The notes under the pieces are model-generated. The model was given only the letters and a program-made list of their open reading frames with translations. It ran no database searches and was not told the origin of the DNA. A stretch of DNA of 56,883 bases. Origin: Raillietiella orientalis. Taxonomy: Eukaryota. Numbering within the stretch: the first letter of the stretch is position 1; the number at the start of each line of letters is the position of its first letter. Below, piece by piece: positions 35,931 to 47,772 of the stretch. The stretch covers positions 1-56,883 of the forward strand of contig JAYWIR010000156.1 in assembly GCA_036172245.1 (NCBI GenBank). Reading direction: 5' to 3'. The position numbers were made by a program, and so were the translations under genes.

Positions 35931-37902
35931 GAATCCAGGAATGTCCCGTATTCCTTCCGCTCAGCGAATGTGCGCCTCCTGCCGAAAGGCGGTGACTTGC
36001 GCCGTCTTATCAACTGCCGTCCGATCACCCTGGTGAACTCGGACATCAAGTTGTTTTCCAATCTGCGGGTCGCGCGGTTAGGAGGTATGGAGGAATCCGA
36101 GGTGAGCCCGCAACAACCCTACACGGTTCCCGGGCGATCCATGGAGGCGAACATCCTTTTTGGGGGTATTTGGATGCAGCTGCAGGAAGTCGTGGCGAAG
36201 CGAATCCGGGCTTCGCCGAAGGTCGCAGCCGCACGTAAGAAGAGCACGCGCCGACGGCAGGAGGGAACGCCAGGAGCACTTCTTCGGCGTATTCTTCGAG
36301 TTGGTGTTGAGAGCGTACATCGTATTCTCACGGCGTATTCTTCGGCTGTCGCTGCCTCATTTGCCAATCTTACATTGCCGGAACGGACGGATATTTGGAA
36401 TACATTCGGGACCCCCTCCTCCGTTTCCAGTTTCTTGTTTTAAACCCCCATATTCAGCGTAAGAGCGGGCTAAACGCCTGCTTAGGTACGATGTCTGAGG
36501 ACCGGGGAAATCCGGATCCACCTTAATCGCTTGGGGGCTCCACGTCGTGATGCTGATTTGGGCATCCTGAGAATTGAGCGAATGGAACTGCAGGTGCAGT
36601 TCCGAGTGCTGGCACTGTGTGCCGAGGTGTGGACGTCCCCCCTACTGTGCCTGAACACATTATCCAGCGGATATCCGCCGGCAGCGGAGGACTGCTCTCT
36701 CCATTGCCGGTCACCCAATACAGGAAGCGAGGTTTCTTCTTTCCATTGAGGCAATTGGCCTCACTTTTTCAAGCCCACTTGCGGATCTCCTTCCGTCCAA
36801 TGAACTGCGACGCTTGGAGGCAGGAGTCTGTTGAATTTTCGGCGGAGTTCACCCTGAATTTCTTCGCTCCCAGCACCATCTTCTTCGGCGACCGTTGGAA
36901 GAGGTACTGAAGGACGAGGTGAAGTATTCCACCCTGGCCACCACGCCTCTCGCCGCAGCGCTCTCTGCCCTCGGGGCAAGAGACGACAGCTGCCAACCGG
37001 CTAGGTGGGAGGTTTCCTGCATAATAGCAGGAAGAACGAAACTCAGGGTTGCCCGGAAGGCCAGTGAGTTTGCAGACGCCGCCACTCCTCGTGCTAATGC
37101 GAAGGGACTCCTTCGATGGGGAGAAGAATCTGGAGTCACCCCCGAATTACTTGTAGTCCCTTCACAGTGTGTGGACAGTTCGCTGCTCCCCCTTGCTTGG
37201 AAACAAGCCGTGTGGCTCTTCGTTCACTGGCGTTTTCAGTGTAACGAGCGATGGCATCGTGTTTCCGGGGGGACTTGCTTCTGGACTGCGGTGTCCCACA
37301 AGGTGACCCTGGCGGAGGCTGGCAACAGCACCATCGCACCCGGAGGATACCGCAAGATACCTTCTGCAACGGTTCTTTACGCCTATCGGGCTGTCTACAA
37401 GCCAAAGGATTGCTACCGTCGGTTACATTCGCGCCATAGTTTCAGCCCGTCAGGCGCTGGTAATCAACGGGCAGCACAAAGAGGTAATCGGCAAAGCATC
37501 CTTCTACATGGGAGCGACCACCAGATGGCCTCATTTGACAGAGGAGTCAAGAAGGGATCTCGCCGAAATGTACCACCGGTTTACACACGCCCCGCAGCGG
37601 CGCTCCAGGTAACCCTTGCCCCTCCCTCCACGTATTTGTTTCTGTATTTTTTTTTTGCACTTTCATCCCCATAGGCTCCGTAACTTTCCAGGTGCTCCTT
37701 GTTGTAATCCTCGTGAGTACGGAGCCTCACCAAAGACCCGTTACCCTTCCCTCCAGTTGTCGTATTTTTGTTTTGTTTTCCCCTAACTCCTCCCATGTTG
37801 CGAGCGGTTGGTTTACCCGGCCTGGGTGTCGGTAACTTCTCTTTGTTCCTTGTCGTTTCGTTGGTTGGGGACATTGTCCCTGACCGGTTTATTATAAATA
37901 AA
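35931..37902 (+). mobile_element. Tx1-like element C, 3' half with internal deletions, plus strand
   Basis: LLPKGGDLRRLINCRPITLVNSDIKLFS, APRRDADLGIL, WLFVHWRFQCN; U-rich 3' UTR; AATAAA at 37897-37902. Confidence 0.85.
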
Positions 37903-37919
37903 CGCCCCGGCGTGACCTG

Positions 37920-38690
37920 TTGATAAACTTCATGAGGAAGGAACCACTGTTCCAAGACGCTAAGGGGCATTTCACCTCCTCCGGAGGTAGTCCGAGTAGC
38001 TCTCCCAAGGGTAGAAGGCCGTTGGGCGGCACACTGGGGGCTTGCGTGACGTCCGTCGGGCTGCCGAGATGTCCACGCCTTGATCAGTTGTGTTCCTGCG
38101 TCAGTGACGCAAGACCATTTCCACTTTCCCTGCTCTTTGCTGTCCCTAGAGTTCACAAGGGAGGGCAGCACTGAGACAAGGGGGGTAATCAATGGCCACA
38201 ACAGTTTGTCGTGGGATTGAGCAATCTCCTGCAGCCTCCAGCGAGCGTGCCTACGCAGGCAAGTGTTCTTCCTCCCGCTCGGGACGTGCATCTCATCCCA
38301 CGTGAATAGTGACTCCCGCAGCCATGCGTAGTAGTTCTCCAGGAGGCCGGAGATAAAAAGTCCCGCAGGAAATTTACCCACAACCTGTGGGTGCATCTTC
38401 CAGTTAGCATCTCGATGTACCGGAGTACTGCAGAGTGGTGATTGCATCCTCCACGTCTGCATTCTTGGATTCTACGCAAGGTAATCCTGGGTCGCTGGTA
38501 GATTTAGCTCCTCGTGTGAGAAGGCACTGCGAGCAACCACGGGATCACCAGGATTGCTTCTTCCTACCAGAGTTTTTGCTCCTCGGTACGATCTTCAGTT
38601 GGTCTTTTCGCACCAACCTCTTTCCATCTCTATGTTGGGTCGATGGTTAACCATTCTACTGCTCGGCCTAGCAACGCAGTCAAGAATATA
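37920..38690 (-). mobile_element. Tx1-like ORF2 C-terminal chimera
   Basis: HSAVLRYIEMLTGRCTH matches 27590-27650; VLPSL..RDSKEQGKW..IKAWTSR matches 24460-24600. Confidence 0.75.
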
Positions 38691-38889
38691 GACTGAGAAT
38701 GAAGAGTTATTTTATGTTTCGCGTTGCACGAGACCAGAGCAGGCAGACTGTTCCTGTGCCTGGTAGAGAAGCATGGAGCAAGGAAAGGCAATAAATTATT
38801 AATCGGTAGAGTCTTTATTGTTCTCTGGCTTACAAGAGGGCGGACACTTCCTTAGAGATCCATGAAGAAGTTCGTTTCTTTAGGCAGGT

Positions 38890-41443
38890 ACAGTCTCGGC
38901 CCGTGAGTCCCATGCAAAGTCCCGGAAAATGGGATCAGGACAGAAAAGGAACCTAAAGGCGGAGTCAGTCAACATAATGTCGGTTTCCTCGACTGACAAA
39001 ACTTGGGCATCCTGATGTCTAGCTTTTGCATTCCGGCGGTGTCAGGCAATGGCATCCTTTGCCTGCTGGGGCTCCTCTCCACGACTTTCTAGCCCGTTTC
39101 ATCACCAGAATGCGGTTCTCCACTCGTTTCACGTCTCGACTGTTCCCGGTTCATCAGACGGTCTGCCTGAAGGCGCCCCAAGTGCTGCACCCCTGTTATA
39201 GGGGTGGCATCCAGTCTTTTGACGAGATGTTGCGTAGGTGAAGCTTCTCGCTGGACCCCTTGTCTAGGGGTTTTATGCGAACGTCTGTGGTTGGAGAGAG
39301 CCTTCTGGTTTCGAAAGCGTTGCCCGCACTCTGGAACGGGGCAGATGAGATCTGGCTGGATGCTCGCAGGTCTGATTGGCCTCGGCCCACAATTGTGGTG
39401 CCAGACAGGAATGGTGATCCTGCCGCCGCACTGTCGGCAAAGAAGTCTGGTCTCCGTGATGGGAATCCAGTGAGCCGTGCGAATGTGGCGGCGAAGGGAG
39501 CCCAGGGTACGCTTAGTGTCCTTTCCAGACGAGAACCATCTGCAGCGCGGGAGAGGACACGGCACGCTTGACGGTGCCGGGAGATAGATGCTTAAGATAT
39601 CATCCTCTGAGAGTACCGTCGGCGGAGGAATATCGGACTGAGCACTCTTGCTTTGGTTGGAGGCCGTCGTAGGCTGAAGAAGTTGAATGCTCGGTTCTTC
39701 TGCTCGAGCTTGCGGATCTCTCGCTCTTGGTGACTGCGTTTTCGTCCCAAAAGATTCCTCGAATCCGAAGAAGGAGAGAAAAGTACGCATCCAATTTGGT
39801 CTCTCGGATTCAACAGCGCGAAGGCATGCCGGATGCAGCGGTGGTCCTTGTTGCGAAGGAGTTTCATCCCGAATTACTCGAGTGGGCTCAGGCGGAGGAG
39901 GAGAGCTCTCAAGGAATATATCCATCTCCGTCTGAGACGCTGAGGCTACGGGTAGCACTGAGCCCTGTGGGCTGGGCACAGCTTCTCGGTTGTCTGTTTG
40001 TAGCTGCGGGCAGAGTTCCACTGGTTGAGGGCTGCCGTGCATCAGGTGACCTATGTGCGATCGGGACAGCGGAGTCAGTAGCACTATGGGAGTTGCCATG
40101 AGGCGGCGATCGCGTATGAGCATTCGTGGGGTGGAGGAGAGTGGCAAAAGACACGAGGAGGAACCAGGAGTCCAGGCCCTGAAGGGTGATCTTGGGGGTG
40201 GAGGAAAGTCTTCGTCCAGCAGCAAGTGAGATGGTAGTCGGGTGGTGGACTGACTGTCTTGTTGCTCTGACTGTGGCTGATGGCTGTGTGTTCGGCGTGG
40301 TTCGCTTGGGCTGTTGCGGCTTAGCACATGCAACAGCTCGTATTTGCAGAATTGCATTCCACGGTTCGCTTCCTCTGGACGAACCAACCGATCCTCTGCT
40401 GAGTGCTGATCCGCAGCCATCTGCGTGGTGCACAGATGGGCCACTGAGCCTCTGCCTTGGTGGATCAGTCCTGGATTGGTCACAATGCGGTCGAAAACAT
40501 CCAAATTATCTGTAAGTGTCGGCTTTTGTAGAATGTCTTGATGAGCTTCGCGTGCCTCACCCTTGGGGTTATCCCCCGCATGTTTCTTGCGGAAATGCTG
40601 TTTCCTAAAATCCTTTTTGTCGAAGGATGATTCGCACAAAGCGCAAGGGTAGAGCAGGGATCTCAGCATTGCTGGTATTATCTTCAGCGAAGGGGAGTTC
40701 CGTTGATGAGGTACGCAGATGTGGCCGTCGAAGTCAGACGACCTGTTATCGTAACGACCGCAACCGCGGCAAAAGTATTTTGGGGTAGCACTGTGGGTGA
40801 CACCGTGAATTCGGGCAAGGTGTGTCTTTATGTTTTTTGCTCTGTTTTTGGCTTCCGTGGCCCCAATCGCAGCTGGGCAGTGTGGGATGGGGCAAGGACA
40901 CGGGGATGGGGCGTCAAAGGCTATGAAAAGCCGACGTTCGTCCGAGAGGAAACATGGCGGGCTCTGCATGGCTTCCACGCTAAAGTTCGTTATTTCGAAC
41001 TTGGGACAGCCAATCGGAGGCGACTCTGAACTCGCGGACCAATGAGCGCGCTCGGAAGGGGCACTGAGTTTCCCGCGCCTGCAGTAGAGGATTCTTTTCT
41101 CAGGTTCTTTCAGCCACCGAGGCCGTCTGTGCCACGCGTGACCGACTGTGGTTTGTTGCCACAGTTCTCGTTCGAGCTTACAGCACAAGTTCTTTCCACA
41201 GTCCCTCTTACCTCCCCGTGATGTCTACCTTCTGGCTCTCGCCATAGCTGAGGTTATGCAGGGGATGATTCTCGTCCATAGCAGCCACAGTTGTGGTGGC
41301 ACGCGGTCCAAAATTGGTGAGGATGTCCACCAAGTCAAGAAAATTCACAGAACGCAAAAATCACAAACTGTTGCAACGCGGAAATAGGAGAATTTCGCTG
41401 GCTAATGCTAACCTGTCCGGAGCTCACGGGGCGCGTCCGCACC
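38890..41443 (-). mobile_element. Utopia/NeSL-like element 5' end: 5' UTR plus 699-aa open N-terminal region with six zinc fingers, plus a thumb scrap
   Basis: ORF 39089..41188 has two CCHH/CCHC/CCHH triplets. The 5' end abuts 28S at 41444. 38890-39010 encodes ETDIMLTDSAFRFLFCPDP. Confidence 0.85.
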
Positions 41444-41522
41444 GACTCCCTTAAGATGGCCAAATGCCTCGTCATCTAATCAGTGACTCCCATGAAAGGG
41501 TTAACGAGATCCCTACTGCCCC
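41444..41522 (+). rRNA. Short degenerate 28S rRNA fragment spanning the R2 site
   Basis: GACTCCCTTAAGATGGCCAAATGCCTCGTCATCTAATCAGTGAC...TTAACGAGATCCC, versus conserved GACTCTCTTAAGGTAGCCAAATGCCTCGTCATCTAATTAGTGAC. Confidence 0.9.
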
Positions 41523-41939
41523 AACGTGCCATTGGGTTCAGATGGCTAGTGGATTTGAGGAAACCGTCGCAATTTTGATGCAAGTGATGTGTTTGCTGTA
41601 ATCCTCGAGTTTGGTATGATGCTGGAGGGTACATCTCCCGCCCTTGCCTGCATGGCCTGGTTGGAGTATCTGGAATGCAAGAATTTGTAGACCCAAAGGA
41701 GGAAGTACGAACGCAAATGAAATACCTTCTTTTCGTGATTGTCTGTGGACTGCTCGTTGTCCAGTATCCCGAAACCTCATCGTCTTGGATCCTGCTTGCT
41801 GCCGTACTGAAAGTCGCATTTTGCAGATCCCTAGACGTGTTCGAGATGAGAACGATGAGATGGAGGGCGCTGCATCTGTAGCGGTTGACCGATGCGCAGG
41901 CCGCTTAAACTGATATTCCAGAACGGGGAGGGACAAGGA

Positions 41940-42720
41940 TAAATCAAGTCAACGAGATTCGGTGGGAGGGGCAACGATCTTTATGTTGCTCCGTTTTCAG
42001 GAGTATAAAAAGAAAAGGATAAAAATGAAAACATCAAGAAATTAATAGAGCGAAAAGGGACAGGGGATTGAAAAATATATATTGAAAAATAAGGGGAGGA
42101 GGGGGCGTAGATCACCGGGTTCGCCGTTCCAAGCCATCCATTATCCAGCGCTGGATGGCCGTGATGTCCTCCTTGGCTTCCTCCTCCAGGTGACCTCTCT
42201 TCGCTGCGCGGTGATTTGTGGCACTAGTCGGGCTGAAGCGTTGGCACGAACGCAACCCACTTTTGCGACAACCGCCTGTCGAAAGGCCTCTCGGAGCAAA
42301 GAAGAGCGGCGGCACGCCTCCTGCAGTATCCCGCTGGTGCAGCACTGCTGCGGCGTGCCTCCGCCACAGTTGCTGGAGGCCAGTGCAGTCCAAAGGCGGG
42401 TGCGGCATTCTCTCCGCCGACCCGCATCTAGTAGGTGAAGGGCAGTACTGCCTGCTCCCAGGAAAGGGAGACCAACGAACCGTCCTCACAATGGGGAAAG
42501 ACCACAGGGTCTTCTGGAGGAACACTCAAAGGTTCGCCCACCCAAGGGGTCTCTTCGAAACAGCACGCGGAGTGCCAGCTTCCAGCAAATCACAAGCCTT
42601 CCAGCCAGCGTAGAGTTGAAGTCCACTGCTATCAAGCGCGCTCTCAGTACTGCTGCCACGGTCAGCCAAGGAGGCGAGCTGATCCTGTGATCTCGTTATA
42701 GATGCTGCATGTCCTGTTCT
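41940..42720 (-). mobile_element. Tx1-like 3' fragment
   Basis: CCHC remnant CPSPTRCGSAERMPHPPLDCTGLQQLWRR followed by a U-rich 3' UTR (A-rich on plus at 42000-42095). Confidence 0.6.
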
Positions 42721-42849
42721 TATGGAACACTTCCGAGCGGGCCCAACGATAGGGAAGACGGTCGCCAGAAGTGTATGTCGTGAAGAGACGCGCGGAGTTT
42801 CAACATGTTGGGTTCCCACAGTCGAAGAAGAGGTTCGTATTGCTCATCC

Positions 42850-44000
42850 AGGCGGGAGGAGCATTTTGGTTGTTCGCCCAGTTATAGCACGCCTAGGAAT
42901 TCACAGTGAGTACGTCCATGTCGAAGTTTTTTTTCCTCGTCTGGTGGCAACAGATGCGAGCAGATATTGCTGTTCTGATGAGAGTTTGGAAGAAACATCG
43001 ACGTCTTACTGAGTCTCCTCCGTAATGAGCGCATCTGATAAAGGTCCCGCCGTCGATTAGCTCACTTTCTCGTGTTTAATATGAAGTGATTAAGCCAAAC
43101 TGCGATTCATGAACTCTCGCGTCGTCACATCTGTAACTTTTACAATCTTCAAGGATGTGATCGGAGATTAGGTTGACGAAAGTATGCTTTACCTCATAAA
43201 GATGGTGCGCGGAGTGAAACTTTTATCGTTGATTCCACTCACTTGGAGATTCTGCAATTACTCTTTCGTTGGGCAAAATGCTCGTTCTGAGCCCAGCAAC
43301 TTCCTTGGTGGAAGACGGAACAGTCGATCGCCAGTGGCATCTTCTGTGAGGCTTCTGGGTAAATTCCAGTCCGTGCCGTGGCGTGATCCACTCTCCCAGT
43401 AGATCTTGCACAGTCGTGCATGGTCCTGCTTCCTGCTACTACTGGCGGGCATCGGTTCCTATAGAACGTGTGGTGTTGCTCACTTTGCCATACCACCCTT
43501 GGATACATCCATGCACCTTTCTAGAGAGGTCATTCTTGTGACCCCTGTTGAACAGTTTCCCAGATGAGTCCACTACATCTCCAAGGGAATGTTGTGTAGT
43601 AGTCGGTATTGGATTCAGGTAATCCTCTTGGGAGCTCCAGGTGCGCTCGTAGGAGAAGTGGTTAGTGGTTAATCGTTCTAGCTCCGTGAAGTTGGATTCA
43701 CCCTTGCTAATTTGTAAGCGGTCGCTAAGCATTGGAATATTGAACGAGGCGGCTGTCCCTCTAAGATTCTGCTCCGGAATGCGTCCATATTGCAGCAGTG
43801 GGCACGAAGAGATGCGCTTTCACATAGTATGAAAGCAAGGTGATATCTTTCCCCGGAGTTTCGGATCTGCAATGCATAGCTCCGAGAAGATCGCATCTCT
43901 CAGGTCTGGTAGTGCTTCACCAGTCGTGCAAATGTGAAGAAGTCCTCCATCGTTACCGAAGTGGATCGTTCCTATATTATGGCTCTTTTGGAGATAAGCC
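42850..44000 (-). pseudogene. Possible endogenous RNA-virus relic (rhabdovirus-like glycoprotein)
   Basis: One frame read through stops gives HGCIQGWYGKVSNTTRSI...GPCTTVQDL...KPHRRCHWRST...LEDCKSYRCDDARVH, which resembles the Cys pattern and C-x3-WYG fusion loop of rhabdovirus G. Motif impression only. Confidence 0.35.
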
Positions 44001-44227
44001 ACTGTCGACTGTAGGCGGCCTCATAGAGGGGAGGCCTTTCGGTCTGCGCCTGCACCTTCTTCGGCTCCTGCACTACGAGCATTTTCCTCCTTTCGCAGCT
44101 GCCGCGTCCGCATCGTTTGCTTCAATGTTTTCAGCTGCTGAGCTGATTGAGACAACTTCTACGACGTTTTTCACCCTTTTACTAAGCTTCCTCTTCGTCT
44201 CTATACAAAGTTTTTTTTTGACCAGGT

Positions 44228-44296
44228 AAATATATTAGAGAAAGTGTGAGGAATAGGGGGAGGATAATGGCTAATTCAATATCGAAGATTAAGAAT
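44228..44296 (-). pseudogene. nad3: nad3-like fragment (probable NUMT)
   Basis: Encodes FLIFDIELAIILPLFL, the conserved ND3/NuoA FLxFDxE motif, in ~70 nt unrelated to its flanks. Confidence 0.6.
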
Positions 44297-44469
44297 CTCA
44301 TCTGCATCCACGGAGAACGAGTGCAGCCACAGATGTTTCGCAGATGTGGGGAATGGTGTGTCACGCCTATGGTTTATTGTAGTCTGAGGTGTTCATCCGT
44401 CGGATTTTATGTGTTTTGGATAGTGTACACTGTGCTGTTCAGTACCGCGAGTGCTCAGTTGTATAGCAC

Positions 44470-45500
44470 GCTCAGTACCACGAGTCACTAAAGTCCACGG
44501 ATGTACAGCTTCAGTTGGAATCTGCCCGTGTTATCGGAGCGAAGGGATTGGTGCTCATTTTCGGAAGGGATAGTCGGCAGTGTGGTGTGGTGAGGTAGAT
44601 GTATGGGATGGGACCGTTGGGGGTGCGGGTATGTGACGTCAGGGGCATGATGTAACCTCATGGTGTTCACTTGTGAGAAAAGACAGGGAGAGCAGGAAGA
44701 GGGGGGACATGGTGTTACGTTCGGCGGGAGTTGGGCGTTTGCATTGATAATTCTCGATGCCTCGAGGGGGAATACGTTGCCCAAAGTATCGCAATACGAT
44801 TCGTTACCAGTACGTGTGGGAGGAAGAGGGGGTAGGGGGAAGAGGGGTCGTTTTGTGCAGTCTTTTTGTGCCAACGTCTGTGATTGTGTGATCCGCGAAT
44901 GACGAGGCCGTTGGGTACATCGCACGCGAATCTTCACGTTTCTGGAGGTGGTTGGGGCGGTGTGTTTCAAAGAGGGGTGATGATCTGTGGGGGCGGAGAC
45001 ATCCTCGTGATATTTCCGACATATGAGTTTACGTTTGTAGAAACCGAGATGACGAAAGTGTTTGAAATGACTTTTCAGGGAAGCCAACGTGCGTGTTGCA
45101 TAAGCTGTTTGCATTTGCCAGTGTCAAGTGGGGACTATGCAGCGTGGGGAGGGGGCGACGGGGAGCCCAAGGACTATAAGGACATTATCTGCGGTTAAAG
45201 TAACGTTCTCATTAGCGATTGCGTCGAGGGGCAGCGTAGAGATTGGTGGGGTGATGGGTTGCGGCGCTGTGGATTTGAGAGGAAACGCCAGCTCCTTACA
45301 TGGTTGATTACTGCCTGTTGATTACTATTTCCGCAATTACCTTACCGCCAAGATTTAGCAATATAGTGATTGTGGGAGACTCCCATCCTGGACCTTCCTA
45401 CACTGCCTCCGCATAGAGGATTGCGCGGCCAGGACGCTGCAGTGTTATATTCGCATGGGCGACAAGAAAAGTGGGTTTGTCCTTTGGGCGACTGTAGCGT
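44470..45500 (-). mobile_element. Divergent Utopia/NeSL-like N-terminal remnant
   Basis: LTADNVLIV...RTLASLKSHFKHFRH...KLICRKYH parallels LSEDDILSI...RTLGSLRRHIRTAH...LLCRQC of ORF 39089..41188. Confidence 0.55.
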
Positions 45501-45799
45501 GAATGTTTTGGCATAAATTCATCCCACCGCGAGTCCGACTGGGGAAAGGGGGCGACTGGGGTGTACTTATTGCTAGTTGAAAACTTCACCCATTACCCCG
45601 CTAAAGCAGCGTCAGATAACGCTGCCGTGGCAATTTTTGTGTGCCCCGAGTGGGCAAGCAAATTGCCTAAGCAGTAACCATCGGAACAGTGACGGCCCTC
45701 CAGTAAAGTGCAGTCACTGTAGCAGCTCCCAGGTGAAGTATTCGAACCCCCGGGCCACGGCGGAGCACTTATCGTCCGAATGGAAGATGCAGCACGCTG

Positions 45800-46860
45800 C
45801 GGAGATGTGGCCCGCGGCACCCTACCGGATGGAGGTGTCATCGGGCGGCAATGGTCCAGCCCGCGGCCATCTTACAAGGCGGCGGCGGCGCATCAGTCGC
45901 GAAAGGCGGTTCACCACGTGGAGGAGAGTGCAGACGTGGCGACGCCATCTTTTAACGCTGCTCCGACGCTGTCATTGTCCTATGCGGAGACAGCGGCCGC
46001 GAATACATTCGTACGGTCGGTACGAAACTACGGTACGAAAGCCACGTGTCTTGATCCTTCGGGATGTTCCAGACCTGATGGCAGCGGAAAAGTGGAGTGT
46101 GCGAATAGTCACGTTTAAAAGGGGACTGATTCGCGTGCACAGCATCCGCGAGGCCTACTTCTCGCCCAGCTGGGTGAACGTGGACTTTGACTGTGCGCAG
46201 TCCATAATTCATTGCGCGAGTGGATTCAGCATCCACACGGATGATGAAGTGGTGGCAGACTCCCTTCTCGAACAGGGAATCAATAATGATGAAGGAATTC
46301 CGCGCGGACTCGGCGACCTGTCCACCACGAGGGTCCACATCGCCGGGGTCAGCAGGTTGACTTCGCAACTCGAAGTGAGGAAATACCTCCAACAGTTTGG
46401 AGAGATCATGCAGGCGGCCTTCAGCAACATCGTGGAGAAAGTCTTCTCGTGCGAGGGCTTCGCAAAGATGAAGCTCAAGGAAGGTTTCCAAATTCCGGGA
46501 GTATATCATCTTGACGACCACTCCCGGGAAGTTATACTCCGGTTCAAAATGGAACCAGCGTTTCGTAACATACGCAAAACATTCGGGCAGCGGATATCAG
46601 CGCTGGTGCACCAAAGCGTGCTGCTACCGGTGCAGCAAAATTGGACATCTTGCACAACAGTGCTGTGTGCCGGAGGCGTGTTCCCTCGGCGATCTCCCTG
46701 GCCACGCCAAGTGGAACTGCGGAAGGCTGGGGGAGTGGCGTGCATTGCGGGGTCTCTCTCCCGTGCGGGAGGAACCACGAAAACAGGCTAAAGAGCCGAA
46801 GAAAAAAGGTGAGAAGAACCGTGAAAGTACCACTCGTGTCGGAGGATGCTCGCCAAGCAG
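45800..46860 (+). mobile_element. Tx1/L1-type ORF1 (RRM-like plus zinc knuckles), plus strand, frameshifted
   Basis: TRVHIAGVSRLTSQLEVRKYLQQFGEI (ORF 45577..46791); CYRCSKIGHLAQQC and CSLGDLPGHAKWNC (ORF 46511..46900). Confidence 0.75.
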
Positions 46861-47478
46861 CACCAATGCTTACCGGGGGCTGACTACCACGCTTGGGTGA
46901 GTGCGCAATGGGAGCAGTTTGCTTTGCTGTGTGGGATGATTGGCGCGGTGTTCTTCCAGGGGAAGGCATGCTGATGGGTGAAGGTGTTCCAGCAAGGATG
47001 TGTGGGAGAGCGTTAAGTGTTGTGCACGCGACCTTGTTGTTGGGGGGATGCGTTTAACGAGGACACGAGGCTGGCGCCGCGAACGAAGCTACGTGTGTTT
47101 CTTGCAGGGGAGGTGGCTGTGAGGTTGCTGAGGGTAGGATTCCCGCTAGAGGTTGGGAGGGTGTTGGCGCCTTGGAATCGGGAACTTCTGGCGGCAGGGC
47201 TTGTAAAGCGTCAAGGTTTTATTGGTATATGTATATCGCGTCATACTTGCGGTATCCGGGAATGCGGAATGCGGACGGAATTTACTCGGGAATGGATATC
47301 GGAGTAAGGCAATGGTTGAGTATGTAGGGATATTTCAGGGGGTGCGGTCAGAGGTTCTCCCGTTATTTGGTTTAAGGGATCCGATGAATTCAGAGGGAAG
47401 TGTCAGTTGCGGGGTTACACCATGGATACGAGCAAAGTGGTTTCCGTCATTACGGTTGTGACGTTTTTCAGTTCTCAA

Positions 47479-47651
47479 TGGGAGGCGTCCCGCTGGCCGT
47501 CTCGGCTGGCGGACGCTGTCCGTTGCCTCTCTCCGCCCACGGCCACCGCCTCGGGCCGGAGCCTTTCTTCCACTGCCTCTCCGTGGCGCGCGGGCGGACG
47601 CTCCCCGGAGGGCCCCCGCGCGGGGCTCGCAAGCGCGGCACGGTTTTCCCC
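47479..47651 (+). rRNA. 28S expansion-segment fragment
   Basis: TGGGAGGCGTCCCGCTGGCCGTCTC...GCTGTCCG...TTTTCCCC aligns by eye with 19365-19545 inside the larger 28S fragment. Confidence 0.65.
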
Positions 47652-47772
47652 GAAAATGATTGCAGGGAAGTGAGCGGATCCCTTCGAGGAAGCTGCGCCC
47701 TTCTGAATTTCGGAAGTGTCTCTTCGAGGTTCTCCTCAGAGGACGTGACCTGAACCCGGTCACGCCGGGACG

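Noticed and set aside
35478..36443. 321-aa plus-strand gene
   Set aside because: Chance fusion of antisense ORF1 sequence with a Tx1 RT fragment across the 35930 junction.
3964..41443. U2 snRNA target flanks expected for Utopia
   Set aside because: No U2-like sequence seen at any junction.
41190..41443. HDV-like ribozyme in the RLE 5' UTR
   Set aside because: Could not build the nested pseudoknot by eye; a motif search is needed.
3758..47651. Functional rRNA operon
   Set aside because: Only short mutated 28S pieces; no 18S or 5.8S.
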